In this document: positions 11,501 to 21,959 of the stretch, piece after piece
Numbering within the stretch: the stretch's first letter is position 1
Layout: each line of letters starts with the position of its first letter
Assembly: GCF_044704955.1 (NCBI RefSeq)
Contig: NC_092007.1
Location: forward strand, 4,960,001 to 5,024,000
DNA: 64,000 bases
Reading direction: 5' to 3'
Source: Pristiophorus japonicus
Taxonomy: Eukaryota
Position numbers and translations under genes: made by a program
The notes under the pieces: model-generated
Told to the model about the DNA's origin: nothing
The model's input: the letters and a program-made list of their open reading frames with translations, nothing else
Database searches by the model: none

Positions 11501-14500
11501 ACGCAATAATACTCGCCGTCATCTTCAGAACTAATGTTGTGAAATGTGTGCTTCAGTTCACCGGTGGATGATCTGCTGATCTCAGTGACAACTCGGACCA
11601 ATGTTAAATTGACGGGCTGGTCACCCAGAGCCCTGCAGTACAATAATAATGAAGTACCCTCCACTATTACGATAGAAGAATTGAAGCTTGGTTTCTCCAG
11701 TGCATCTGAAACACACGAGAGCATTGATGTTATTGGAGAATATCGGAGCAGAAGAGTAAAATCAAGTTGGCAATTGAAGAATAATATTAAAGCCGATATG
11801 GTGGCTATATTGCCAAATCTAAATTTAAAAAGCCAGCCTATGATTGTTGGCGCTATACTGCTTAAGATTATTTCAAATTTAGACCAAATTTATCTCAACG
11901 TTTTATCCTCTTCACTTCAAACGTTTGTAGTGACTGCCTGGACGTGATTCTTTTCCACAAATACATCAATCAAGCGGCCATTCCTCCAACAACAATAACA
12001 GTGGCCTTTCCCATCACTTGAACAGAGCTGTTGAGGCGGATTGCAGGCTCCCGACCACCACCGCTGATAACTCGTCACATACACTTATGTTTCAGATGCT
12101 CTCTCGGTGCAACTATATCAGGAATTAGGAGCCTTTGGAATAACATTTGACATAAGTAGCATCTATGGAGCCTTCCAATGTTACTCCCTGGGTCTTTGTC
12201 AATGTGAAATAATACAACTCACAAGAAATGTTTGATAGTCAGTTCGACCCAATGGTTATAGGAATATATCTTACACTTCGAGTACGTTCCGCTATTCAAT
12301 TAGATCATGGCTCATCCATATGGTAGCTCTGCCTACCCGCCTTTGCTTTATCCTTATTTTTAAAAACTATCCATCACATATGTTGTATATTTAATTATCT
12401 AGGCGAGCTATCACTCCACTGAGCATCAAGACAAGTTTGGATCTTGTTTATCAAAGGATGGTGCAATGCAGGGTACAGCAGATACTTACTTTGAATGTGC
12501 AGTGTGAGAGTTTCTTGAACACTCCCCACGAAACCATCAACGACAAGCTGACATCCCAGCGTTTTCCCATTGTGGTCTGGTGATGGGGTGAAGATGAATG
12601 TTGTTGAAACAGCCCATGATCCCTCCAACCTGTTGTCTCTGTATTTGGAATTTTTAGTCTCTTGCAGCAAACGAACATTATCCTCGTCCTGAATCCACGT
12701 CAGTTCTGGATTGGCGGAGGGGCAGCTGGAGGTGACTGAGCAGGTTAAATGTACGGGCTTTCCAGCAATCAATTCCCCAGGGACTGAAATCCATGACTCA
12801 TCTGTAAGCAGTGAAAGGAATTCGTGTGACTGTGGATTTCAATATAACACATGTGGAGGGAAGGGCCAGGCGGTTCAGTTCAATGTCTGAGATAATACCA
12901 TGAGCAAAAATTTATATGTTTTCCACTTGATCTCTGCTATGGGAAGGAGCCGATTGTTAATTATTACTTACAGTCACAGAATCAATCGATTGATACATGT
13001 GTTCATGAACTTAATGTCCTGCCACAATATGAATGAATTATTCATGTGAGCTTGTTTCTGATCGGTCAGTCACCGCTCTGCAGCACACAATTATTTCAAT
13101 TCAAATTGAGGTCAGAAAAAACAGTCAAAACAGAGTCCCAGATTTGGTTCCTTGAGTGTACCTGCGATATTCTTAGTCCAACGGCTCACTCTCACGTGGA
13201 ACAGTTGATTTAGCCATTGCTTATTTTTATTCTTGCTTTAAATTCATTTTCTCTCATTTAGTCTCGCGATAGGAGTGCCACAACTAACCTTCAGGACGAG
13301 GGACACGCTTAACTAACCTGGATTGTTACTGTTACCAACAGCGGGACAGTGCACAGCTATGAGAAGAAAGCAAGACCAGGTTGCGGGTTCAACACCCATT
13401 TAGGGACTTAAGCACAACCTGTAGCCTGACACTCCAGTGCAGTACTGATGCATTGTCACAATGCCGGAGATTCCATTTTACGGATGAGATATGAACCTGT
13501 TCTCCTAATTTACCTCTCAAGTGTACATAACAGTTCGCGCAGTATTATTTTGAATGGGCCTTTGTCCTCGTTAACTTTGATTGATTGACGCGTTATCTGC
13601 AAGGCTGGTGGATGTTTTAAAAGACATATACAGATGTCCTTCAGCCGTGGTGGGCCGAAGGGCCTCTTAATGTAATGTAAGATTAAATATTTCTATGATT
13701 GTATTTTATAACACACACCTGGATATTATTCAGTGTACCAGCCCTGCAGAGATGGCGTGTGACGTGGGCCAATGTCAACATGAAATCTTTCATTTTAGGC
13801 AAAAAATTGAATGGCATTGGCGAGATGGAACATTAACTACAAAAGCAAAAATTCAAAATAACTTACTTAAAATAGAAATATTGACAGGAGTTTTGGAACC
13901 GTATCCTTCTATCTGATCCTGGGAGTTCATGATCTTCAATATGAAGTAATATTCTCCTCCATCGCTCTCCCTGATGTCCTTTAACCGTAAGGAGCATTGC
14001 TTCTTTATAAAGTCGCCGGCTAACTCTGCCCTCCCTCGATAGTCATGGTGCATATTGTCTGCATCTCTGGAATCATAGATAACCGAGACCCCTGGTGCAT
14101 AAAGATGAGGACTCCCCTTTAACCACATACCCTGTGGATTGCGACCATTCGTGGGATAGTCAAATCTACACGGGATCTTTGCACATGAACCCTTCACCGC
14201 CGATAAACTCCATGGTGTCGTCACAGACCATCGTGAACTACGTACAACTGGTGAAGAAATAGAAATTAAACATCCATTGAAATCCCCAATATGAATACTT
14301 TCCCTCATCGTCAGGTTAAATACTATTACTTTAACCTTTGACGCCCACGAAAACATATTAATGAGTACCTCAATGAAAAGGCGTTAACTTTTAATTAAAA
14401 CTCCTCCAATTCCATTAACTACTCCATTGAAAGTCGGCAAATCAGAAAGTAAATATTAAATCAATATGATAAATACATAAAGAAGTTCTGAATAAAACAT

Positions 14501-14665
14501 ATTAAAAGTGCAATTCACAAATTACTAGTTAAGCATGTACTATATCTATAAAGTAAGAACGTTTTAATTGAACACAAAATGGAAATCGTTTCGAACATCA
14601 ATTAGTAAACTGAACATTTTACCTTTACAGAATATCAGAATGGAGATAAATGTTAAACTCTTCAT
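5335..14665 (-). CDS. Copy A: Siglec/MAG-like Ig-superfamily receptor, inhibitory type (SP-V-C2-C2-C2-TM-ITIM/ITSM-like), 8 coding exons, 527 aa
   Basis: Exons (minus strand): 14623-14665, 13867-14247, 12490-12801, 11448-11705, 10400-10687, 8698-8782, 7535-7583, 5335-5502. All introns are GT-AG with compatible phases (1,1,1,1,1,2,0). Total 1584 nt = 527 aa + stop. Siglec-type cysteine pattern (CAKIPC...QCSL in V; LTCSVTSSCP in D2). Confidence 0.88.
6560..7020 (+). mobile_element. Composite CR1-like fragments
   Basis: LEKSRLRGDLIEVCTILKG remnant. Confidence 0.7.
7535..7583 (-). CDS. Copy A exon 7, juxtamembrane cytoplasmic (KKTRDTTGVVPTNSDT)
   Basis: ttctttttgtatcag| acceptor, ACG|GTGAGT donor; phase 2->0 bridges the TM and terminal exons exactly. 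Confidence 0.75.
7720..8460 (-). mobile_element. CR1-like LINE fragment with a nested + strand CR1 3' tail (~8125-8222)
   Basis: Reverse-complement CR1 ORF2 end interrupted by gtgggattaggct...ctatgaatctatg. Confidence 0.75.
8698..8782 (-). CDS. Copy A exon 6, transmembrane, uncharged core (GTFPWKIAISVLAAVTVLLLMLIALKVRR)
   Basis: tttttacttttag| acceptor, AG|GTATGT donor, phase 1->2; homologous to the TM exons of B-E (WKIA.S). Confidence 0.88.
9255..9595 (+). mobile_element. CR1-like LINE 3' fragment
   Basis: DRKDLFPLAEWSRSRGH..RVVGVWNSL. Confidence 0.8.
10400..10687 (-). CDS. Copy A exon 5, membrane-proximal Ig domain (MAG domain-5-like)
   Basis: ttttttcag| acceptor, G|GTGAGT donor; PTC..GFHCTCSVRAKPPANITW...SSLTL...SCVAGNEHG. 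Confidence 0.92.
10845..10980 (+). mobile_element. Penelope-like element terminal remnant with degenerate hammerhead motif (also ~24425, ~37975, ~51527)
   Basis: CTGACGAAAGG..CTGAAACGTTAACT followed by gatgct.cctgacctgctgag.tttccagc. Confidence 0.55.
11040..11365 (-). mobile_element. CR1-like fragment (one per unit)
   Basis: LFSLENRRLRSDLIDIFKMTKGF. Confidence 0.8.
11448..11705 (-). CDS. Copy A exon 4, Ig domain 3 (C2/I-set)
   Basis: gtgtttcag| acceptor, |GTAAGT donor; EGTSLLLYCRALG...NISSEDDGEYYCVAEN. Confidence 0.92.
12490..12801 (-). CDS. Copy A exon 3, Ig domain 2
   Basis: cttacag| acceptor, |GTAAGT donor; LTCSVTSSCPSANPELTW...FTPSPDHNGKTLGC. Confidence 0.92.
13375..13560 (+). mobile_element. 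Deu-domain SINE (SacSINE1/AmnSINE-like) fragment (one per unit)
   Basis: gggttcaa..gacttaagcaca..ctgacactccagtgcagtactga..cggatgagat; recognised from recall only. Confidence 0.6.
13867..14247 (-). CDS. Copy A exon 2, Siglec-type V-set Ig domain
   Basis: ttcttcaccag| acceptor, |GTAAGT donor; WSVTTP..GSCAKIPCRFDYP..W..YRGRAELAGD..CSLRLKDIRESDGGEYYF. Confidence 0.93.
14623..14665 (-). CDS. Copy A exon 1, signal peptide MKSLTFISILIFCK(V)
   Basis: ccacccATG context, hydrophobic core, AAAG|GTAAAA donor, phase 1 matches the V exon. Confidence 0.8.
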
Positions 14666-15049
14666 GGGTGGAACGGTTCACGATGTCAAAATGACAGAAA
14701 TTGACTCAATCTCAGATATCACTAATCTAGTTCCAGATTCCGTTCGCCGGTAATATCCTGGAGTTCACAGATGACCGAATCAGAGTATCAGCAGGTCAGT
14801 TGAAAGCTATCCAACAAACATTCGACACCGTGGTTGCTCAAACAGCTATCACCACTCCTCGGATGTTGTTCATCAAAACTGCTGCAATTCTGGATCATTT
14901 CGAACGTGACCATGTCCTGTAGTAATTGGCCCGCAGTTACAGGATATGATGAGACCCCGCCTGTTGCTGATTAGCCCTGAGCAGAAATATACCAATTTCC
15001 CCTTCATCAGCACAGCTACAGGGCACGGGTGGCATTCTAGTTTGGAATA

Positions 15050-16590
15050 CAGAATAAATGTTCGGACACTGAAATATGTAGAGGAACAAAGTGGCCTTGG
15101 AGTGCAAGTCCACCGATCCCTGAAGGTAGCAGGACAGGTAGATAAGCTGCTCAAGAAGGCATACGGAATACTAGCATTTATTAGTCAAGGTGCAGAATAC
15201 AAGAACAAAGAGGTTATTCTTGAACTGTATAAAACACTAATTGGACCACTGCTAGAGTACTGTGTGCAGTTCTGGTCTTCACTTTACAGGAAAGATGTGA
15301 TGCACCAGAGAGGGTATGTTGCCTTTAATGGAGAATCTTATATTTGAGGAACGGTACTGTAGGCTGGTGTAGTATTCTTTGAAATAGATGAGGCTGAAGG
15401 AAGATTAAATTGAGCTGTATTACATTATGAGAGGCCTGGATAGAGTGGATAAGAAGGACCTACTTCCTTTAGCAGAGGGGTCAATAACGATGGGGCATAG
15501 ATTAAAAGTAATTGGTAGGAGGTGTAGTGGGCATTTGAGGAGAATTATTTTCAGCCAGAGGGTGATGGGGGACTGGAATCACTGCCTCAAAGCATGGTAG
15601 AGACAGAAACCCTCAGCATCTAAAAATTACGTGGATGTGCACTTGAAGTGCTGTAACCTACAGGGATATGGAGCGAGAGCTGGAAATGGGATTAGGCTGG
15701 CATCGCTGAAATTAACGGACTTATATCCAGGTTGCTGCAATGAAACTTTTCTGATGATTCTAATTACAGTGCTGGAACTGTGAGTTGTGATTCAGCTTTT
15801 AGATTCGAGGGTCTATGTAGCTGGAAGCAATGTGGAAATTTGTCTACAGGAATATATCCCTTCACCTTCTATGTTACAAGAAGGACATAGATGAACTGGA
15901 GAAGGTGCAAATCAGATTTTCAAAAAGTAGACCAGAAATGGGAGAATATAAACAGCAGGAAAGTCTGAACGGTCTGGCAAGCTTTCCTCTAGAAAAGAGA
16001 AGGTGGAGGGGTGACATAATAGAGGCCTGTAAAATGATGAAGGGGTTTGATAGGATAGATGAAGCAGAGATTTTCCACTTGTGCGGGGATCAAAACCAGA
16101 GTTCATCGATATGAGATAGTCATTCAGAAATAACAGAAGGAATTCAGGAGAACCTTATTTACCCAGAGAATGGTGAGAATGTGGAAGTTGCTACCACACG
16201 GAGGGATTGAGGCGAATAGTATAGATGTGTTTAAGAGGCAGCTAGATAGCTACATGAGGGAGAAAGGAATATGCTGCTGGATGAAATAAACTTGGGAGGA
16301 GAAAGCTCCGGTGGAGCATAAACGTTGCCTTGGACAAGTTGGGCCCAATTGCATGTTTCTTTGCTGCACATTTGATGTAATTAACCCTGAATTAATTACA
16401 TCAAGTTTGCTGAGTCTCTCACTATATTCAAGGATGCGATAGATAGATATTTGTAGTTTAGAGAATGAAGAGCTATGTGGAGAGGGCGGGAATTTGCTAA
16501 GGTCGATGATCAGCTATGACCTCATTGAATGGCGGAGCAGGCTTGAGGGGCCATGTTGGCTACTCCTGCTACTATTTCTTATGTACTTTT
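15050..16590 (+). mobile_element. Cluster of CR1-like 3' fragments (one cluster per unit)
   Basis: LGVQVHRSLKVAGQVDK..AYGILAFI..PLLEYCVQFWS; LEKRRWRGDIIEACKMMKGFDR. Confidence 0.85.
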
Positions 16591-17304
16591 GTTCTTTATT
16601 ATGGTTCTGTGTCGTCAATGAGCTCTACGTTTGTTTTTTATTTATTTTTATTTTGTTTCTGTCTTGACTGGTGTATGGAATGTGTATTCAATTCAGGCGC
16701 CAGCTTGGTTTATCTGTCTAGATTAGGGATGTGTGTTCAGATCCAAGACTCAGGTGTTTAACAATAGCTGACTCCATATGCCTGCTCAGTCCCAGAGTGG
16801 AGGGTGATGCAATGCACTTTGCTCAATTACACTCCACACAAAGCCCAGCTTGCTTTGAGGCTCATGGGTTGGGTGTTGTGAAATCAGCATCTGGGCCTAG
16901 TAAGTGTTTACCACTGACAGTCCCTATGGTACATGCTTAGTGTCTCCCTCAGTGTCGCTGCCTCGAGGTGGGTTTATTTGCACCGTGTGTTGTGTAGCAG
17001 CAGAGCGCGCTGTGAAGCGCTGGGTCCTATTTAGCGACTATGTTGTTGTGGTTACCGCAACGCACAGCACCCTGCTATCTCTGGCGTACATGTGAGTGAA
17101 TCATTGTGTACGACGGACATGGATGAAAGATATCTGTTGTCAAGCAACATCTCTTTATACCGTGTGCTGCATCTTGAAATTTCATGTTCTGTTTGCAGCT
17201 CTGTGTTTAACCCTTCAAGCAATGTGAGATTAGGTTTGACAGTGTGCTTGAGTGATTTATATGAAACACGGGTGGAAACTACAAAGAGGATGCCGTTGCC
17301 TCAG

Positions 17305-17585
17305 ATCAGGGCAGTTGGTGCATGGGAACCCCATCCTCTTCCAGTTCCCCTGCAAGTCACAGCATAACCCTGATTTGAATATATATCACCCTCCCTGCAA
17401 CAGAGATAGGGCAAAGTCCTAAAATCCCGGAACTCCGTCCTTAACAGCGCTGTGGGAGTACCTTCACCAGACGGGCTGCAGCGGTTGCAGAGCTCGGCTC
17501 ATTACCAGCTTCTCAGGGGCGATTAGGGATGGGCAATAAATGAGACATTGCAAGCGATGCTCACATTCCAGGAGCGAATAAAAGA
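17305..17585 (+). mobile_element. LINE 3' end fragment, clade not determined (one per unit)
   Basis: Homologous to ~19040-19270; tail ggcgattagggatgggcaataaat. Confidence 0.7.
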
Positions 17586-17794
17586 TATGCAGCTGCATTT
17601 TTCCACGGTCCTCTCCCACCTCCAATATTCAAATTATGCCCCTGTTCTGAAATGTATCTTTATTAGTAAAATGAGTTCCCGCCAGTACCTCAAACAACTA
17701 ACCATTTTTAACTTGCAAGTCACGCAAATAATATCTCCAGGATTTTCGATAGGAGCGGAATTTTTATGATCCTGGCACTGGTTGGCTGGGATGG

Positions 17795-18305
17795 GGATTT
17801 ATAATTGCTGATTGGCCCTTGGATTTTAAGAAAATCGACAATGCAATTGTGTATTGCAGTGTGTTGCCATTTCCTCGACTGCTCCTGCAGCCTGAGCTGA
17901 TGTCGATTCCTTGGGCTCAGTGCGAAAGTGAAAGGCTTCTCCATGCAACAGCACCACACAGTGGCAGCCCGACGGCATTACAAGAGCTATTTTTCACTGC
18001 ACCATCAGACACATCTGGGCTCAGCTGTGGCTAACATCCTCTATCATGCCAAGATTAACTCCTAGTTCACCTCACCTTACCCAACACGTTGCCGAAATGT
18101 ACTTCAGCATCTACAGAATGAAATAGGGAAATGTGTTATTCCTGATACAATGGACTTTCCACTTTTGTCCAACACATCGCACACTTGGATCTGTTCTCTC
18201 TCCACACATGCTCTCAATAGCAGCAACAGCTCCCACCCCTATTTGGATCAGTTTACAGACCAGGCACATGAGTCTTCAGTTGTACAAGCGAAATGCTTCC
18301 GGAAC
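17795..18305 (-). promoter_or_regulatory. Candidate immune-type promoter/enhancer upstream of each gene copy
   Basis: TATAAA 17798-17803(-), CCAAT 17811-17815(-), GAGGAA 17871-17876(-), GAAAGTGAAAG 17924-17934, ACCACA 17953-17958, GGACTTTCC 18152-18160. Confidence 0.3.
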
Positions 18306-18924
18306 AAGTTGTAAACCTTGCGAAATTCCTCTTGTTAAGGTATACTGCTCTTACTGACAAACACGGTCTGGGCCTATTAGGTTGAATTGTTGTAAAGGGT
18401 GGAGTTCTGGCAAGGTGAATTGTTACCATATTTCATGCACATTATTGTGTTTGATGCTTGGAACACAGTTATATCATGGAAATCACCATGATTTTTTTTT
18501 ACTGAATTGGGACATTGAGACTATTTACTTTTCACAGTATCAAGTTCCCAGCATCGGTTTTTGGTCCTTGCACAATGAGCTCACATGGTTGAGCAGATGT
18601 CCCACTGGGAATATCCTAAAGATGCACCATACCAATCGTTGTGGAAATAGCACGGCCCACTAAGTTCTTTGTTTTTAACTCGTGCTGTGCAATTCACTGG
18701 AACTAGTCGCAGTCCCACTACTCTATCCTCACAGCGCTGTACATTATTCCCGTTTAAAATATATATCCAATATGGGTTTGAAAGTTACTATTGATTTTGA
18801 TACTCCCAGATTTTCAGGCAGTGAATTCCATGTCATAACAATTCTCTGTCGATTCCCTGCAAATGTTTTCCAAATTTACTTTCCGGTGCCTTTCAGTTTA
18901 ATGCAGAGCACACCAGTTACCCAC

Positions 18925-19270
18925 CTTCAACACTCACTCCCTCCACCACCGTGGTGCACCGTCTACAAGATGCACTGCAGCAACTCGCCAAGGCTTCTTC
19001 GGCAGCACCTCCCAAACCCGCCACTTCAAACACCTAGAAGGACAAGGACAGCAGGCGCATGGGAACATGACCACCTCCACATTCCCCTCCAAGTCACACA
19101 CCATCCAGACTTGGAAATATATCGCCCGTTCTTTCATCGTCGCCGGGTCAAAATCCTGGAAAGTCCTCCACAACAGCGCTGTGATAGCACCTTCACCACA
19201 CGGACTGCATCGGTTCAAGAAAGCAGCTCACCACCAATTTCTCAAGAGCAATAAGCAACGGGCAATATAT
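18925..19270 (+). mobile_element. LINE ORF2 C-terminal/3' end fragment (one per unit)
   Basis: HSL..CTVYKMHCSNSPRLLRQHLPNP. Confidence 0.75.
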
Positions 19271-19804
19271 TATGTCGTGCCACTGATAAAGAGTCAAACA
19301 TAACTAATTACCCATTATTATAAAATATCTCAGAAAATTATTTAATTGTTAAGCTTCTCTTGGGCTCAAATCGGGACCCTAATAAATCAGGTTGCATGTA
19401 TGTTCCTGGGTTTTATTGACAGGCTGAACATAATGGGAAGATTCAATTCTATTGGCATCATAACATCCTGGGAAAGCTTCACGATTTCAGTGGAAATAGT
19501 GAAGGAGGAAATTGTTGCCGAAAAGCATTTCCAATATAACAAAGTAGCTGGTATTACTCAGAAATATCCACGCTGTCCCAACCACATTTGCTGCATTGAG
19601 TAACAGGAGCATATTTCCACTATTCACTGCACTGTGTCTGACCGGGAGAAGGTGGAGGTTTATTTTGGATGTAAGTATAGCGTTCCACTCTCAGCACCTC
19701 TGAGCTCCAGTAACAAATATCAAAATAAATTAGTTGTGATGTGTTTTAATGAAGCATTGCATAAACTAAACTATGACAAATTACAAGTTACATAACAGAA
19801 TTAT

Positions 19805-20380
19805 GCAATCATAGAAAGGTTACAGCACAGAAGACTATTTGACCCGTCGAACCCATGCCGACTCTCAGCTCGAACCACTCCTGCTCCCTTTTCCCGTGGT
19901 CCTGCATTTTTTCCCTTCAGATATAATCTACCTCAGTTTTGAACGGTAAGATTGATTCTGCTGGCACCGCCCTTCCAGGCAATGCATTCCAGATCCCAAC
20001 CACGCGCCGCATAAAAAGCATTTATCTTACATCACAATTTGCTTCTTTTGCCAATCACCTTAAATCTGTGTTTCTGGTTCTCGACCCTTCTGCCAATGGG
20101 AACAGTTTATCTCAATCTACTCTGTACAGTCCCATCATGATTTTGAACTCCTCTATCAAATCTGCTCTCAATACTATCAGTTCCAAAGATAACAACCCCC
20201 CAGGTTCTCCAGTCTCTCCTCGTAACTGAAGTCCCACATTCTCGGAATCTTTCTCGTAAATCTTTACTGCACCTTCTCTGAAGCAGATGTATCTGTACCC
20301 AGTTGGGGCCGAACCAGTGTTTTATACAGGTTAATCATAACTTCCGCACTTTTGTACTCCCTACCACTATTTATGAGGCC
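19805..20380 (-). mobile_element. CR1-like fragment (one per unit)
   Basis: Reverse complement of the CR1 3' end seen at 20860-21440. Confidence 0.8.
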
Positions 20381-20859
20381 AACTGGCCTTACCTAATTTA
20401 ATTTGCAATTTTCTGCACAGATTGATAATGAGCGGAATCTAATACAGACAGCAATACTTCAGAAACCACGCAGATGCATTGTTTCTTAAACACATGTTCC
20501 TAAATAGTACACGGCTTTTAAATGACCCTATTGAAAACACAATAGTTTGTACAATATCTGTGTATTGTAAAGGTAACTGATTAGAATTGACACTGAGCTG
20601 TGAAGGTTTATTATACTGTGTTGACAGATGCTGCCAAATTAATCCAATTAACTATGGAGAAGTTCCTCATTGACCGCCAGAGTTGTCTAAGACGTTAACA
20701 GAGGGAGGTGTGCAATGCAAACAATCTTAACATTACTGGGGAAGATTGCTACTTTATTAAAGCACATCAACACTGTTTAAAAGTGACTGGAACCATTCAA
20801 GCCAACGGCATTTCAGGCATCTGTTTGGAGTGAAAACAAGTGTGGGATTGTAAATTTCA

Positions 20860-21440
20860 CAAACGCAAGGATGTTATGCCAACCCTTTATAAAATATCGG
20901 ATTGGCCTCAACTGGAGAATTCAGTCCAATTCTGGGCATCGCACATGAGGAAGGACGTGAAGGCCTGAGAGAGGGTGCAGAAAATATATACGAGAATAGT
21001 CCCAATGACGAGGGACTTCAGTTACGTGGAGAGACTGGAGAAGCTGGGGTTGTTCTCCTTAGAGCAGAGACGTTGGAGAGGAGATTTGACAGTGGTGTTC
21101 AGAATCAAAAGTAGATAGAGAGAAATTGTTCCCATTGGAGGAAAGGTCAAGAACCAGAGGACACAGATTTAAGATGATTGCCAGAAGAACCAATGGCGAT
21201 ATGAGGAAAAAATATTACGCAGCGAGTGGTTAGGAGCTGGAATGCACTGCCTGGACGGGTGGTGGAGGCAGATTCAATCGTGGCTTTCAAAAGAGAATTG
21301 GATATGTACCTGAAGGAGAATAAATGCAAGGCTACAGGTAAAGGGCGGGGCAGTGGGATTGGCTGAAATGCTCTTGCAGAGATCCGGCACGGATTGGAAG
21401 GGGGCCAATGACCTCCTTTTTTGCTGTAACGATTTTAGAA
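20860..21440 (+). mobile_element. CR1-like 3' fragment (one per unit)
   Basis: ttacgtggagagactggagaagctggggttgttctccttagagcagag..tggaatgcactgcctg. Confidence 0.85.
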
Positions 21441-21549
21441 TTTTATTTTGTTTAAAAAAAACACAGTAAACAGAACTGAAAATATTAGCGATTAATCTGC
21501 GAAATTTGCTCATTTTCACAGAAATTGCAGGCATATGAACTTTAAAATC

Positions 21550-21712
21550 ATTTAACTTTGCAGCATATTAACTGTAATCTTCATTCTTGAGATACCTTTC
21601 ATATTTGTGAAAGTTTCAAACTTCCAGCGATTGGCGCCGGAAACTCGACACTTTGCGCCAATTGGATGGATGCTGTCCATCTGCTAGCAATGTTTCTCTC
21701 CTGGTCTTGGCT
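21550..21712 (-). pseudogene. Decayed homologue of the ITIM/ITSM terminal exon downstream of copy B TM
   Basis: SQDQERNI..AQS aligns with RQDKSRNI..AQS of copy A. The ITIM Tyr is lost and there is a frameshift; the shifted frame reads HKYERYLKNEDYS*YAA versus RKHERYQKNEESTEYAA. Confidence 0.85.
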
Positions 21713-21959
21713 CTGTAACAGAAAGCAGTGCGTTAGAAAAGGGGGTGAGGCCACTTTCTGTCCCAGAATAACCCTCTTTCTCGCTGCTCAGATCATTTTC
21801 AATCTTTCCCTACTCAATGATGGAAACATTCTGAGCGTTGCAACATGCAGGACCTATGAAAAGACGAACACGAAAATAACAGATGCCAAATCGAGCCTAT
21901 CCCAAACAGTCAGGACGCAACAATGCCTCAGGATTGCAACTCTCCCTCTCGGCACCATG

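Noticed and set aside
11546-11947. 133-aa + strand ORF in each unit
   Set aside because: Antisense shadow of the D3 exon plus intron; no recognisable domain
13853-14356. ORF-track starts and stops for the Ig ORFs taken as single-exon genes
   Set aside because: The ORF ends extend into introns; the true exon limits are set by GT-AG sites
5335-14665. Assigning the symbol MAG, CD22 or a numbered SIGLEC
   Set aside because: Domain number, the missing essential Arg and the lineage-specific expansion do not support one-to-one orthology without a phylogeny
14946-15347. 133-aa ORF resembling reverse transcriptase C-terminus
   Set aside because: 5'-truncated, degraded CR1 fragment; not an autonomous element or host gene
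16595-17285. Possible solo LTR or unclassified repeat between LINE fragments
   Set aside because: Could not identify terminal TG..CA with a target-site duplication; left unclassified
18682-19254. 190-aa ORF repeated in each unit (also 32259, 45807, 59362)
   Set aside because: It runs across an antisense CR1 scrap and a LINE 3' remnant. It recurs only because of the young duplication.
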